Shown piece by piece: positions 10,985 through 21,763 of a stretch of 64,000 nucleotides of DNA (within the stretch, counting starts at the first letter, position 1; each line of letters begins with the position of its first letter). The stretch is taken from IMG/VR virus record IMGVR_UViG_3300031669_005479, positions 128,001 through 192,000 of that record; one strand, given 5' to 3'. The notes beneath the pieces are model-generated. The model was not told the origin of the DNA. It saw only the letters and a list, made by a program, of their open reading frames with translations, and did not search any database. The DNA is from a virus (taxonomy: Duplodnaviria > Caudoviricetes). A program made the position numbers and the translations under genes.

Positions 10985-11264
10985 TATCGAAGAATATCAA
11001 AATCTTGTTAGTTTGCTTGAACAGGCATTAAAATTTTATGCAAATAAGCAAAATTATGTTAGTAATACAAGCAGTAATTCGTTAATTGCTTCCGATGATT
11101 ATGGTTCACAAGCACGTTTTGCATTGAGAAAAATTGAGGAATTGAATAATATCAATACTCAAATGGAAAACGATTTTATTAAACTATCTGAATCCACTGA
11201 TGGTGATACAACAAATAGTGAATTGCTTAGGGCAATTAATGGTATTAATAATATTGGAAAATAA
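10977..11264 (+). CDS. Hypothetical protein
   Basis: ORF track frame; start moved to the ATG overlapping the end of the previous gene. Confidence 0.5.
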   Translation: MNSIEEYQNLVSLLEQALKFYANKQNYVSNTSSNSLIASDDYGSQARFALRKIEELNNINTQMENDFIKLSESTDGDTTNSELLRAINGINNIGK

Positions 11265-11274
11265 ATTTTAATAT

Positions 11275-11733
11275 ATGAAGATTAAATTTAAAAAATTATC
11301 ACCTAACGCCACTACGCCGTTAAAGTTAATTGATATTGATGCAGGATTTGATTTATTTGCTACATCAATGGTAGAAACAAATAGTTTTGTCGAGTATGGA
11401 ACTGATATTTCGTTTGAAATACCAGAAGGATTTGTTGGATTATTATTTCCACGTAGTTCAATCACAAAATATGATTTAATGTTGAAGAATTCAATTGGAT
11501 TAATTGATGCATCATATCGAGGTGAAATTCGTTGTAGATTTTTTGGAACAAATAATACATACTATTCTGTTGGTAGTCAAAAAACAATTATATATAGTAA
11601 AAACAGCTATAAAGTTGGTGACAGAATTGCACAAATCGTGTTCATGGAATTACCAAAAATTGAATTAGAAGAATCCGAAGAATTAAGTAATACCGAAAGA
11701 GGAACTGGTGGTTTTGGACATACTGGTGAATAA
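11275..11733 (+). CDS. dut: dUTPase (trimeric)
   Basis: AGFDL, PRSS, GLIDASYRGEI, RIAQ and RGTGGFGHTG motifs. Confidence 0.95.
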   Translation: MKIKFKKLSPNATTPLKLIDIDAGFDLFATSMVETNSFVEYGTDISFEIPEGFVGLLFPRSSITKYDLMLKNSIGLIDASYRGEIRCRFFGTNNTYYSVGSQKTIIYSKNSYKVGDRIAQIVFMELPKIELEESEELSNTERGTGGFGHTGE

Positions 11734-11757
11734 ATAATATTAATTAAAATAAATAAT

Positions 11758-11952
11758 ATGAAAACAGGAGCAATTACTTCAAGAAGAGAAACAGCAAAAA
11801 AATTACTTGAAACTCAACTAAAAAGAGGGACAAAACCAGAAAAAATTGATGGTAAAACCACCAATAAAATGGTACAATTGAGTCCATCAGATATTACTCG
11901 AATTACCAAAGAACTCGATAGACTAAATAATCCAAAGGGTAGTATAAAATAA
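11758..11952 (+). CDS. Small basic hypothetical protein
   Basis: Co-oriented ORF between dut and thyA. Confidence 0.5.
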   Translation: MKTGAITSRRETAKKLLETQLKRGTKPEKIDGKTTNKMVQLSPSDITRITKELDRLNNPKGSIK

Positions 11953-11972
11953 ACTTATTTTAATTATACATT

Positions 11973-13577
11973 ATGAAGCAATATTTAGAATTGTTAGAGA
12001 ATATTCTTACCAATGGTGTTGAAAAGGAAAGTGGTAGAATTAATATGCCAAATACTATTGGTATATCAAACGCCATGATTAAAATGGATTTAACAGAAGG
12101 TTTTCCATTACTTACCACAAAAAAAATGTATTGGAAAGGTATTGTTCATGAATTGTTGTGGTTTCTGAGAGGTGAAACAAATATCAAATATTTGGTTGAT
12201 AATAATGTAAATATTTGGAATGACGATGCATTTAGATTTTTTCAAGAACGTCTTTGGTTATTGCCTAATATTAAAAATATAACAATGGAAGAATTTCTTA
12301 ATAGAGTTAAGAACGAACAATTCGAAGAAAAATTTCATTATAAATATGGTGATTTGGGTCCAGTTTATGGACATAATTGGAGAAATTATAATGGTAAAGT
12401 GAACTACTATCATATTAGTAAAAAACCTAAGTTTGAATTGGATGATTCGTATGTGTTTGGTGTTGGGATCATTGAAACTTGGAGAGGCATTAAAAAACGT
12501 CCGTTATTTAATACTTGGTATAATATGATTAGTAGATGTTATAACTACTATGATCCCAATTTTTCAGTATATGGTGGTAGGGGCGTATATGTTTCAGATG
12601 ATTGGTTAAATTTTAAATTATTTGATGAAGAGGTAAAGACAATTTTAAATTATAGCAATAAATTAAACGATCCACATAAATATCAATTAGATAAAGATTA
12701 TCTGGGTGGTAAATGTTATTCAAAAGAAAATTGTATTTGGTTTAGTACTGAAAATAATTCAAGATTAACGACTAAAAATTTTGAATATATCATATCTAAT
12801 GGTGAAAAAACAATAACGACAACTAATATTCAAGGAACTGCAAATGAATTGGGAATCGAACCAACAAATTTGAATAGGGTTTGTAGTGGTGTTAGAAAAA
12901 GTGTTGGCGATTGGTATTTGGTAAGTAAAACAGATTTTAGAATTGGTGAAGACCAAATTGCTAATATTTTAAATCAATTGAAAGAAAATCCATATTCGAG
13001 ATATCATATCTTGGATGGTTGGAATCCAATACAAAGAAAAATAAGTGCACTTGCTCCATGTCATCTACTATATCAATTCATTGTAAGACCTTTGAGTTTT
13101 CATGAGAGAGAATCAATTGCAATGCAAAGAAATATTATTACTAAAGATGAGTATGGACATCTAGTTGGAGTTGATGTTGCAAATGCAGAATATGAAGAAA
13201 GAATACTTGGTGAAAATAATATTCCAAAATTTTATCTTGATTTAAATATGTATCAGAGGAGCGTTGATTCTGCACTTGGATTGGGATTTAATTTAGCTTC
13301 TATGTCATTATTGTTAATGCTATTTGCAAAGGTAAGTAATATGATTGCAGGTGTGGCAACATGGATTGGTGGTGATACACACATTTATGTTAATCATATT
13401 GATGGTATTAAAAAGCAACTGGAAAGAGAGCCATATCAATTACCTCAAATGATAATAGATAAAAAAATAAATTCACTGGATGACATTCTAGCATTAACCA
13501 TTAATGATTTTGAATTAGTTGATTATGTATCACACCCAAAAATTGATTTTGAATTATTTACTGGTTTGAAAAAATAG
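11973..13577 (+). CDS. thyA: Thymidylate synthase with an in-frame endonuclease-like insertion
   Basis: GFPLLTTKK, ELLWFLRG, DLGPVYG, PCH, YQRSVD, FN, GDTHIY motifs; about 183-aa insert at about 12399-12947. Confidence 0.92.
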   Translation: MKQYLELLENILTNGVEKESGRINMPNTIGISNAMIKMDLTEGFPLLTTKKMYWKGIVHELLWFLRGETNIKYLVDNNVNIWNDDAFRFFQERLWLLPNIKNITMEEFLNRVKNEQFEEKFHYKYGDLGPVYGHNWRNYNGKVNYYHISKKPKFELDDSYVFGVGIIETWRGIKKRPLFNTWYNMISRCYNYYDPNFSVYGGRGVYVSDDWLNFKLFDEEVKTILNYSNKLNDPHKYQLDKDYLGGKCYSKENCIWFSTENNSRLTTKNFEYIISNGEKTITTTNIQGTANELGIEPTNLNRVCSGVRKSVGDWYLVSKTDFRIGEDQIANILNQLKENPYSRYHILDGWNPIQRKISALAPCHLLYQFIVRPLSFHERESIAMQRNIITKDEYGHLVGVDVANAEYEERILGENNIPKFYLDLNMYQRSVDSALGLGFNLASMSLLLMLFAKVSNMIAGVATWIGGDTHIYVNHIDGIKKQLEREPYQLPQMIIDKKINSLDDILALTINDFELVDYVSHPKIDFELFTGLKK

Positions 13578-13581
13578 ATGA

Positions 13582-13827
13582 ATGATAATACTATACATAT
13601 TAATAGTATTATTGGTGCTAATAATTTTGTTATTAGCACTGGCATTGTTTTATTTTTCGAAGAAAAGTGTATACTTTTCAAATAAAGAAAATGAATTCAT
13701 TACATTTGTTATTGACATATTTGAACAATATGGAGATGATTTAGGTATTCAGTCTAAAGAACAGCATGAAAAATTGACAAATGAACTCGATAAAATTAAA
13801 AAAAAACTAAATAAAAGAGGAGAGTAA
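13582..13827 (+). CDS. Small membrane protein
   Basis: N-terminal hydrophobic helix followed by a charged tail. Confidence 0.55.
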   Translation: MIILYILIVLLVLIILLLALALFYFSKKSVYFSNKENEFITFVIDIFEQYGDDLGIQSKEQHEKLTNELDKIKKKLNKRGE

Positions 13828-13844
13828 ATTACTCTCCCTTTTTT
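13813..13844. terminator. Bidirectional intrinsic terminator
   Basis: GGAGAGTAA-a-TTACTCTCC stem flanked by A and T runs, between convergent genes. Confidence 0.75.
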
Positions 13845-13865
13845 ATTCATATAATACGTTTTAGT

Positions 13866-14570
13866 CTACAATGTATATATATCGTCTTCATTTGAATCAA
13901 TATTGTACCAATTATTATAATCATAAGGGTTAATTCCCTTTCTTTCCAAATATTTTCCAGTAACAATATTTACTAATTTAGGATTTATTTGCATGTCTCT
14001 AATATCATTAAAAAAGTAATGATTTTTATCTAAACGCAATTCTTCTGGGTCATATCCCTTATACTCCCAACCATTTACAATTTTGCCACCATTTTTTAGT
14101 ATTGCAAAATGCGTATATTTGGGATTAACATTAAACATTCGTCTAGTTTCATCCATAGGTTGTTCGTCATTAATGCCATCATATAAATTACTAACAATTA
14201 ATTTGAATTCTTCTTTAGCTGGTTCAATATCGCTTTCATTGGTAATCCAATAGAAATCTTCATTTTGATTACCGTCATAATCCATTTGAATACCATTTTT
14301 TTTCAAATCTTGAATGATTTCTTGTTTTAGACTATCGTTTCTACCAATCTTAGTGACACCATTTTTACTAAACAATTCATTATACATCGTATCTGTAATT
14401 TGTTTAATTTGTGTTGCTTCTTGTTTGCTCACATAAACTTTATTTGTTGGTTTATTATAATATCCACCATCAGAAGCAACTGCAAGTTCTTCATTAAGTT
14501 TTGGTTTAAAATCGGAATTAACTTTACTCATGACCTCAAAAAGCCTTTGTTTATTACTATTTTTCATCAT
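13866..14570 (-). CDS. Hypothetical late protein with N-terminal KQRLFEVM..FKPKLNE tag
   Basis: Late motif upstream (14583-14591); N-terminus shared with ORFs at 46053, 50239 and 52826. Confidence 0.6.
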   Translation of the reverse strand: MMKNSNKQRLFEVMSKVNSDFKPKLNEELAVASDGGYYNKPTNKVYVSKQEATQIKQITDTMYNELFSKNGVTKIGRNDSLKQEIIQDLKKNGIQMDYDGNQNEDFYWITNESDIEPAKEEFKLIVSNLYDGINDEQPMDETRRMFNVNPKYTHFAILKNGGKIVNGWEYKGYDPEELRLDKNHYFFNDIRDMQINPKLVNIVTGKYLERKGINPYDYNNWYNIDSNEDDIYTL

Positions 14571-14639
14571 ACTTAAATTTACTATAAATACATATTAATT
14601 TCTTTTTGTTTCACTACCTATTACTATTTTTCATCATAT

Positions 14640-15200
14640 TTAAATATGAGAATCCCCCTTTTCACCATCATCAAAATTAAAAACATCAGATTTTACGGGA
14701 ACACCAGTAATGCGTTTCCAGTATGACTTAAATCCACCAATGGTTTTGCTCGTTTCGTCTGTTACGTTGTTGGCACTTTCAACTTCATAATATCTATTTT
14801 TCTGACCACTCATGTTGTATTCAATTATATCACCTCTATCTATTTCTAAGTGTTTATCTTCAAGTTCTTTTAAATACACTCCAAATGATATGTTACCAGT
14901 GTCATCACGAGCAATTCCACCTGGATTGTCACCATAATTTACTTGTTTACCTTCCTCAATATTAATCATCACACTGATTTTAACTGGCGACATAAATTTT
15001 TTATCTTTAGTTTTTGTTTGTCCATAAAGATTATGTGATTTTGTCTCAATTATATTTATTTTATGAATAATAACTTCTTGTGCATTGTCTGTTTGTAAGA
15101 AATTTCTACCATACATGACATCCAATTCAAATGAATTGTTTGTCATGAATAATCCCATTCTTTGACTTTCAATATCAATAATTTGTTTTTTCTTTTTCAT
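14640..15200 (-). CDS. Putative neck/head-closure protein (gp14-like)
   Basis: FELDVMYGR...NLYG...F..PV.I pattern, close to the gp13-like gene, late motif upstream. Confidence 0.5.
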   Translation of the reverse strand: MKKKKQIIDIESQRMGLFMTNNSFELDVMYGRNFLQTDNAQEVIIHKINIIETKSHNLYGQTKTKDKKFMSPVKISVMINIEEGKQVNYGDNPGGIARDDTGNISFGVYLKELEDKHLEIDRGDIIEYNMSGQKNRYYEVESANNVTDETSKTIGGFKSYWKRITGVPVKSDVFNFDDGEKGDSHI

Positions 15201-15314
15201 TTATAAATAATGATTTAATATAAATACTTTTTTTATTGAAATTTTTATTATCTTTACGACGATTTTGGTGAAACAGAATAGGATGTATGGGTATTTATAA
15301 AAAATTAAAATATT

Positions 15315-17069
15315 ATGAAGAGTGAAATTATTAATGATTTATCTATAGACAATAAATCTGGTAATAAAACTAGGGAAAATTATATTAAAAATCATTATTT
15401 GATTGATTATGAAAATATCATAAAAATTAATTTTGTTAATAATTGGAACGAAAAATTGTATTGTTATGTTAATAACGTAAATGAAGTGCCCACATGTAGC
15501 AATAAAAATTGTAGTAATCACGTTAAATTTAAAAAATACTCTGAAGGATACCGTGATTATTGTTCAATTCAATGCAGAAATTCTGATTCAAAATTTAAAT
15601 TATTTGGTGAAAGTAATCCAATGAAAATTAGTGAAAATGTTGTAAAAGCGAAACAAACAAAAAAAAATAGATATGATGATGAAAATTTTGTTAATTCAGA
15701 TAAGGCGAAATTAACAAAGAAAAAAAAATATTTGGATGAAAACTATAATAATCGAAATAAATTTAAACGTACTACCTTCGAAAAATATGGTGTCGAAGGA
15801 TTTACTAATAGAGAGAAGGCAAAGAATACGTCGCTAATTAAATACAAGAATGAATTTTATAATAATAGAAAAAAACACGTTGAAACAAATTTAACCAAAT
15901 ATGGTGTTAAATATTATAATAACAGAGAGAAGGCAAAAAATACGTGCCAAAATAAATATGGTTGTGAATCGTTTGTTTTGAGCAATGAGTATAGGCAGAT
16001 AATTTTTAATAAAACCAAAAAAAAATATGCGGATATTTTAAATATTGATGTTAATAATATTGATTATGATGGTGAAAATTTTACAATTAAAATGTATTGT
16101 AAAATACACGAAATATTTAAAATAAATCGATATATATTAAAAAATAGAATTGCATATGGAATTGAAGAGTTGTGCACTGCATGTAATCCAATTTCTGATA
16201 ATTGTTCAATAAAAGAATTGGAGGTTAATAATTTTATTTCAAATGAATTAGGCATTGAGACAATAAAACATAAAATATCCAATAAAGAAATTGACATTTT
16301 TTTACCAAAATATAATTTAGGTATTGAATTTGATGGATTGTATTGGCATTCTAGTTTAATGATTAAACCAAATCAGCATCAAATTAAAACTGATTTATGT
16401 GAAAAAAATGGTATTCACCTATTACATATTTTTGAAAATGAGTGGATAATGAAAAAAAATATTGTTAAATCAATAATTAAATCTAAACTTGGAATTATTG
16501 ATAATAAAATCTATGCTAGAAAAACCGAAATAATGGAAATTTTTGATAATCAATTAGTCAAAAATTTTCTTAAAACAAATCATATTCAAGGATTTGTTGA
16601 AAGTAAAATAAAAATTGGTTTATTTTATAATAATGAGTTAGTATCACTAATGACTTTTGGTAAAAAAAGATTATCTCTTGGAAATAGTATCAATAATAAC
16701 GATGAGTATGAAATGTTAAGATTTTGTAATAAACTTAATACAAGTGTTGTTGGGGGTGCAAGTAAAATGTTAAAATATTTTATAAAAAAATATCAACCTA
16801 ATTCAATAATGACGTTTGCAGACAGAAGGTATTCACAAGGTAATTTATATAAACAACTTGGATTTCTTTTCATAAAAAATACAATACCAAATTATTGGTA
16901 TTTTAAACCACACGAATATATGCTACAACATCGCTTCAAATTTAGAAAAGATGTGCTAATAAAAGAAGGTTTTGATCCTACCAAAACTGAACACCAAATA
17001 ATGGCCGAAAGAGGTTATAGTCGAATTTATGATTCTGGCTCCATGAAATTTGAACTTAAATTGCGATAA
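15315..17069 (+). CDS. Hef-like homing endonuclease, paralog of 8913..10613
   Basis: Same EIDIFLPKYNLGIEFDGLYWH and C-terminal domain; last ~70 bp nearly identical to the paralog; lies between the two neck genes in the opposite orientation. Confidence 0.7.
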   Translation: MKSEIINDLSIDNKSGNKTRENYIKNHYLIDYENIIKINFVNNWNEKLYCYVNNVNEVPTCSNKNCSNHVKFKKYSEGYRDYCSIQCRNSDSKFKLFGESNPMKISENVVKAKQTKKNRYDDENFVNSDKAKLTKKKKYLDENYNNRNKFKRTTFEKYGVEGFTNREKAKNTSLIKYKNEFYNNRKKHVETNLTKYGVKYYNNREKAKNTCQNKYGCESFVLSNEYRQIIFNKTKKKYADILNIDVNNIDYDGENFTIKMYCKIHEIFKINRYILKNRIAYGIEELCTACNPISDNCSIKELEVNNFISNELGIETIKHKISNKEIDIFLPKYNLGIEFDGLYWHSSLMIKPNQHQIKTDLCEKNGIHLLHIFENEWIMKKNIVKSIIKSKLGIIDNKIYARKTEIMEIFDNQLVKNFLKTNHIQGFVESKIKIGLFYNNELVSLMTFGKKRLSLGNSINNNDEYEMLRFCNKLNTSVVGGASKMLKYFIKKYQPNSIMTFADRRYSQGNLYKQLGFLFIKNTIPNYWYFKPHEYMLQHRFKFRKDVLIKEGFDPTKTEHQIMAERGYSRIYDSGSMKFELKLR

Positions 17070-18174
17070 TTGGAAACATTGGTGGCTGAAATCCCCTCTC
17101 TTTATTAACATTTTCAGCAATTTTTGCTCGTTCCTCAGTTAGATTAACCTGACTTAATTTAGCAAGCTGTTCTAGTATTAATTTTTCCGTATCTTCTTTT
17201 AACTTTGTTCCTTCATCAAGTAAATGACGATAATCCATTGTTAATTGTTTTTCAGTTACGCCTAATTCTCCACTATAAAATCCTCTAACTGTTCCCAAAA
17301 CAATCTTAACTTGTGCAATTAATAAATTTCTGATTTGCTGCTGTGCTACATCATTCATATTACCCCATTGTAATACTTTTGTTGGTGGGTCTGATGGTAA
17401 CTTAACAATATCATTATTTTCTTCTAAGCATTTGTCTCTACCCGTTTTATTTGTATCATAATACCAATACCATACCTTTCTACCTGCATAGTGTTTGCCC
17501 CATGCGGGAGCAATTTCATATCTATCGCTTGGTATTGGATATAAATGCAATACTTTTTCGCCACTAGCCAAACCAGTAATTCGATATGTTAATATTGATT
17601 GCAAAATTCTTTGTTTCATTCTTCGGTCCTGTGCAGAAAGTAGCGTTGAAAATGTTGGTTGAACATAAAGTGCGGGACGGCCTAGATATGACATTCCCAT
17701 CATACCTGCACTCCAAGCATTCAATGCAAATGGGTCAACCAATCCACCATCAATTTCTGGTGGTGTTTCCCATAACACTTCATTTACTTCACGACCTGCA
17801 GGAATGATGTAATGTTGAGTATATTCTTCCGTTGTAATGAAGTCTCGTTTTAATTCCCAGCCAGTTGCTGCAGGTGCATTTGTTCCCAACCCAACTTGTT
17901 TTGAATAGGCGTATGTAAATGATTCCATGTAACTATTTGGCTTAGTTGTAAATGCACTAAGAAAATCACTACTTTCTTTATTCAGTCCTTCCAATCCAAT
18001 CCATTGCTGTTGAATCAACCAATTGTTTAATAGCGAAGAATAATCCTCAATAACCATTTCTAAATAAGAATCCATCATTTCATCATTGATTTCAAATGGT
18101 CTTAATGGAAATCCTAGAGTATGCTTAACTTTAAGATATAATTTATTTTTATCTGCAGTTGTTATTAATGCCAT
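17056..18174 (-). CDS. Neck protein (T4 gp13-like)
   Basis: KVKHTLGFPLRPFEINDEMMDSYLEMVIEDY resembles the gp13 N-terminal LG.P...E...D...AL pattern; late motif 18188-18197. Confidence 0.65.
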   Translation of the reverse strand: MALITTADKNKLYLKVKHTLGFPLRPFEINDEMMDSYLEMVIEDYSSLLNNWLIQQQWIGLEGLNKESSDFLSAFTTKPNSYMESFTYAYSKQVGLGTNAPAATGWELKRDFITTEEYTQHYIIPAGREVNEVLWETPPEIDGGLVDPFALNAWSAGMMGMSYLGRPALYVQPTFSTLLSAQDRRMKQRILQSILTYRITGLASGEKVLHLYPIPSDRYEIAPAWGKHYAGRKVWYWYYDTNKTGRDKCLEENNDIVKLPSDPPTKVLQWGNMNDVAQQQIRNLLIAQVKIVLGTVRGFYSGELGVTEKQLTMDYRHLLDEGTKLKEDTEKLILEQLAKLSQVNLTEERAKIAENVNKERGFQPPMFPIIAI

Positions 18175-18272
18175 AATAGCGTTTTGATATAAATACTAAA
18201 AATTTTTTTTAAAAAAACGATTTATTATCAAATAAATAGTTATATTTGCTGAAATAATGAATAACGATAATT

Positions 18273-18737
18273 ATGTATAACATAGATTACGATATATTAT
18301 TAAATGAACAGGGTAGACCATATATACATTTACCTGACGATTATGAACAAAGACCCGAAGATAGGTTTTTTGTTGTTGAACTAACGAGATATATATTACA
18401 AAGTGTTTATAATGCGAAAAGTGTGGAATTCGATAAAAATGCCGCTAAAGTAATTGAATCTGGTATTAGCCTTTTAGGACAAGTTAGTGATGAAATCGCA
18501 GAAATTTTATGGAATCAAATGAAAGTTATGGGTGATGTTGATCTTTTATTAGCAAAAAGATATCACATTACGCTCAACACTGTAGAGGAGATGAATATGT
18601 TGGACGATAAATATATTCATCATAATAATAAAATTTATACAAGACAAGAGGGATTGAGGGTTTTTATTATCGAAAACAATAGCATTTACGAATTAACTGG
18701 TGGAATTACCAATGATTGTTGGACAAAAATTGAATAA
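18273..18737 (+). CDS. Hypothetical protein
   Basis: Intact ORF with TATATTTG promoter-like element upstream. Confidence 0.55.
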   Translation: MYNIDYDILLNEQGRPYIHLPDDYEQRPEDRFFVVELTRYILQSVYNAKSVEFDKNAAKVIESGISLLGQVSDEIAEILWNQMKVMGDVDLLLAKRYHITLNTVEEMNMLDDKYIHHNNKIYTRQEGLRVFIIENNSIYELTGGITNDCWTKIE

Positions 18738-18841
18738 TTTTTTTAGACATTTATTTCCAGTAGTTTTATTGTTATTACCATTTGGAACATTATTATTATT
18801 AATTCTGTTTATAAAACATCCAAAATTTTTAAAGAATAAAA

Positions 18842-21343
18842 ATGATTAATAAACCAACTTCTGAACAAGACCGAGTATTTCTTTTTACAAAAAAAAGACC
18901 CGAAAATATTTTAATTAAGGCATTTGCAGGTGCTGGTAAATGTCTAGGTATTAATACACCAATATTGATGTATAATGGTGAAATTAAATCAGTTCAGAAT
19001 ATTAACATTGGTGATTTATTAATGGGTGATGATTCTACACCAAGAAAAGTAATTAACGTTAACAATGGGACTGGTGAATTATATAAAATAATTCCAAACA
19101 AAGGAGAATCATGGATTTGTAATGATGTTCATATGATGACATTATTTCATGAATATAAACATGAAATAATTGACATGCCGTTGAATGAAATCAATTATCC
19201 GAAATACAGTGGTGGTTGTTATAGATATGTTCGATTAATGAGAACTGGTGTTGATTTTGTTGAGAATGATGTAACAATAGACCCTTATTTGCTTGGTCTT
19301 TGGCTTGGTGATGGAAAAAAGGAAAATGGAGCACCCACAATATTTGTAAACAAAACAGAAAAACCAATATTAGAATATTTAAAAAATATTAATTATTCTA
19401 ACATTACACCTAAATTCAATGAATATCAAAAAAATTTAATTAATGTCGATTTAACTACTAAAAATTTTAATGGACGTAAAATTAATAATGTATTAAGGGA
19501 TGAATTTAAACGATGTTTAAATGCTGATGGTAGTTTCTCAATACCAAAAAATTATTTAATTAATTCAAAAGAGAATAGATTAAAATTATTGGCAGGTATT
19601 ATTGATACTGATGGATATTGTTATGATAAATGTTATGAGGTAACTACTAAATATAAATCATTTGCTGATGATTTATTATATTTGGGTAGAAGTTTAGGTT
19701 TCGCAACATATATAACACCAATAAAAAAAGGTATAAAATCGATTAATTTTATTGGTGATTATTGGAAAATATCTATTTCTGGTTCGTTTGAAGATTTACC
19801 ATGTTTATTAATCAGAAAACAATCTACATGTAGACTACAAATCAAATCTGTTCTGAGAACTGGATTTAAGAAAGAGTATCAAGGTATTGGTAATTATTAT
19901 GGATTTACGTTAGATGGTAATGGACGATTCTTACTAGGTGATTTTACTATTACACATAACACATCAACAATTGTTGAAGCAGTTAAACTATTACCCAACG
20001 ATAAGTCAATCATGTTTTTGGCATTTAATAAGCATATTCAGGAAGAATTAAAAGCAAAATTACCTGAATATGTTAGATGTTATACTACCTATGGTTTAGG
20101 CGTTGCAGCAATTAAAAGAAAATATGGGGATAAAATTCAATTTGATGAATTTAAAGCAGATAAAATAATTCAAAAAAAGTCAAAATCTTGGGATTTACAT
20201 GATGAACTAAAAAGTGAAGAAGAGATTAATTTTTATTTAGGTAATATAAAAAAATTGGTTAATTTATGTAGGTTAACACTTACATTAAAATCAGAATATA
20301 TTCCATATATTTCTGAAAGATACGACATTCCATTAGGTAAACCCAAAGATATTAAACGGGTTCTGAAAGTTCTCGATGAAATGACCACAGATAGAAAGAC
20401 ATACGATTATACAGATATGATATTTCTACCAGCAATTGATAGTAGTATATGGATGTTTCAGCAGGATTACGTATTTGTTGATGAAATACAAGATTTGAAT
20501 AAGTGCCAAATAAGAATTATTGAAAAAATTCTGAAGAGAAACAAATCAACCAATAAATATACAGGTAGACTAATTGGTGTTGGTGATTTTTTTCAGGGAA
20601 TTTATGGTTTTAATGCTGCAGATGAAAAATCATTCGAGTGGTTTGAAAAGTTTCCTAACACTAAAGTATTACCACTTTCAACATCATTTAGATGTTCCAA
20701 GGCAGTAATTAGAAAAGCACAAGAAATTGTTCCAGATATTAAAGCACTTGATGATGCACCAGAGGGCGTTGTACGAGATGGAAGTGTATTAACTGAAGCA
20801 CAAAGTGGTGATTTTGTATTGTGTCGAACTACGATGCCACTAGTTAAACTATTTTTTGAATTTCTAACGCAAAATAGAAAAGCAGTAATTAAGGGTTCTG
20901 ATATTGGCCTACATCTTATTGAATTAATTGGTAGTATTAATAATATTGATCTGTTGGTGAGTTTTTGGGATGGCGAATTGTTGAAATTTAGAAAAGATTT
21001 AAAATCAGAGGGAATATTAAATCCTAGTGAACATAGTGGATATGCAGTACTTGAAGATAAGGTTACGACATTACTGTTTTTAGCAAGACTTTCAGAAAGT
21101 ATTGTTGATTTAAAATATAAAATAAAAACTATATTTACTGATGAGATTCAAGGAATCGTACTAAGCACAGTTCACAAAATAAAAGGATTGGAAGCCAATA
21201 GAGTTTTTATTATTAGACCAGACCTATTGCCCATGCAAAATGTAAAGCCTTGGCAATTTCTTCAAGAAAAAAACTTAGAGTATGTTGCAATAACAAGGGC
21301 AAAATTAGAATTAATATATGACAGAGAATGGAAAGACGAATAA
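18842..21343 (+). CDS. Superfamily I (UvrD/Rep-like) helicase with intein
   Basis: AFAGAGK|T Walker A, FVDEIQD, GDFFQGIYGF, SFRC, STVHKIKGLE, YVAITRAK motifs. Confidence 0.88.
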   Translation: MINKPTSEQDRVFLFTKKRPENILIKAFAGAGKCLGINTPILMYNGEIKSVQNINIGDLLMGDDSTPRKVINVNNGTGELYKIIPNKGESWICNDVHMMTLFHEYKHEIIDMPLNEINYPKYSGGCYRYVRLMRTGVDFVENDVTIDPYLLGLWLGDGKKENGAPTIFVNKTEKPILEYLKNINYSNITPKFNEYQKNLINVDLTTKNFNGRKINNVLRDEFKRCLNADGSFSIPKNYLINSKENRLKLLAGIIDTDGYCYDKCYEVTTKYKSFADDLLYLGRSLGFATYITPIKKGIKSINFIGDYWKISISGSFEDLPCLLIRKQSTCRLQIKSVLRTGFKKEYQGIGNYYGFTLDGNGRFLLGDFTITHNTSTIVEAVKLLPNDKSIMFLAFNKHIQEELKAKLPEYVRCYTTYGLGVAAIKRKYGDKIQFDEFKADKIIQKKSKSWDLHDELKSEEEINFYLGNIKKLVNLCRLTLTLKSEYIPYISERYDIPLGKPKDIKRVLKVLDEMTTDRKTYDYTDMIFLPAIDSSIWMFQQDYVFVDEIQDLNKCQIRIIEKILKRNKSTNKYTGRLIGVGDFFQGIYGFNAADEKSFEWFEKFPNTKVLPLSTSFRCSKAVIRKAQEIVPDIKALDDAPEGVVRDGSVLTEAQSGDFVLCRTTMPLVKLFFEFLTQNRKAVIKGSDIGLHLIELIGSINNIDLLVSFWDGELLKFRKDLKSEGILNPSEHSGYAVLEDKVTTLLFLARLSESIVDLKYKIKTIFTDEIQGIVLSTVHKIKGLEANRVFIIRPDLLPMQNVKPWQFLQEKNLEYVAITRAKLELIYDREWKDE
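18941..19960 (+). mobile_element. Intein (340 aa) with LAGLIDADG endonuclease in helicase Walker A
   Basis: Begins CLGINTPILM, ends LGDFTITHN, +1 residue Thr; internal LLAGIIDTDG. Confidence 0.9.
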
Positions 21344-21393
21344 AATATTGTATATTTGTCTTAAATAAATAACTATATTAAATACATAAATTT

Positions 21394-21675
21394 ATGAATG
21401 AAGGTAATACACAAACAAGGACATTAATGAGTTCTTTGGAGATTTTAAATGAAAATGTAAGACAACTTGAAAAATTATTAAATTTAAGTGAAAAATTAGT
21501 CGATAAATTTGAAAGAACAGAAAATGATCTCAAAAAGGGATCAGCTGAAATTGATTCTGGTTATGAAAAGCAACAAAATATTGTTGGTTTATTTTATGGG
21601 GCAAATGAGCGCATTGTTGTGCTGATGAATAAAATTGAAACTAATGTTGAAAAAGTTATTTCAATGATTGACTAA
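21394..21675 (+). CDS. Hypothetical coiled-coil protein
   Basis: Intact ORF with TATATTTG element upstream (about 21352). Confidence 0.5.
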   Translation: MNEGNTQTRTLMSSLEILNENVRQLEKLLNLSEKLVDKFERTENDLKKGSAEIDSGYEKQQNIVGLFYGANERIVVLMNKIETNVEKVISMID

Positions 21676-21763
21676 CATAATTATTTGGATAATGACATAT
21701 GATGCAAAATAACTGAAAATTTGGGAGACAGATGAACCAGATATCGATTATTCACAAAGCAAA

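Noticed and set aside
12399-12947. Group I intron or intein in thyA
   Set aside because: The insert is entirely open in frame, with no recognisable P/Q/R/S core and no intein terminal residues; retained as a fusion finding instead.
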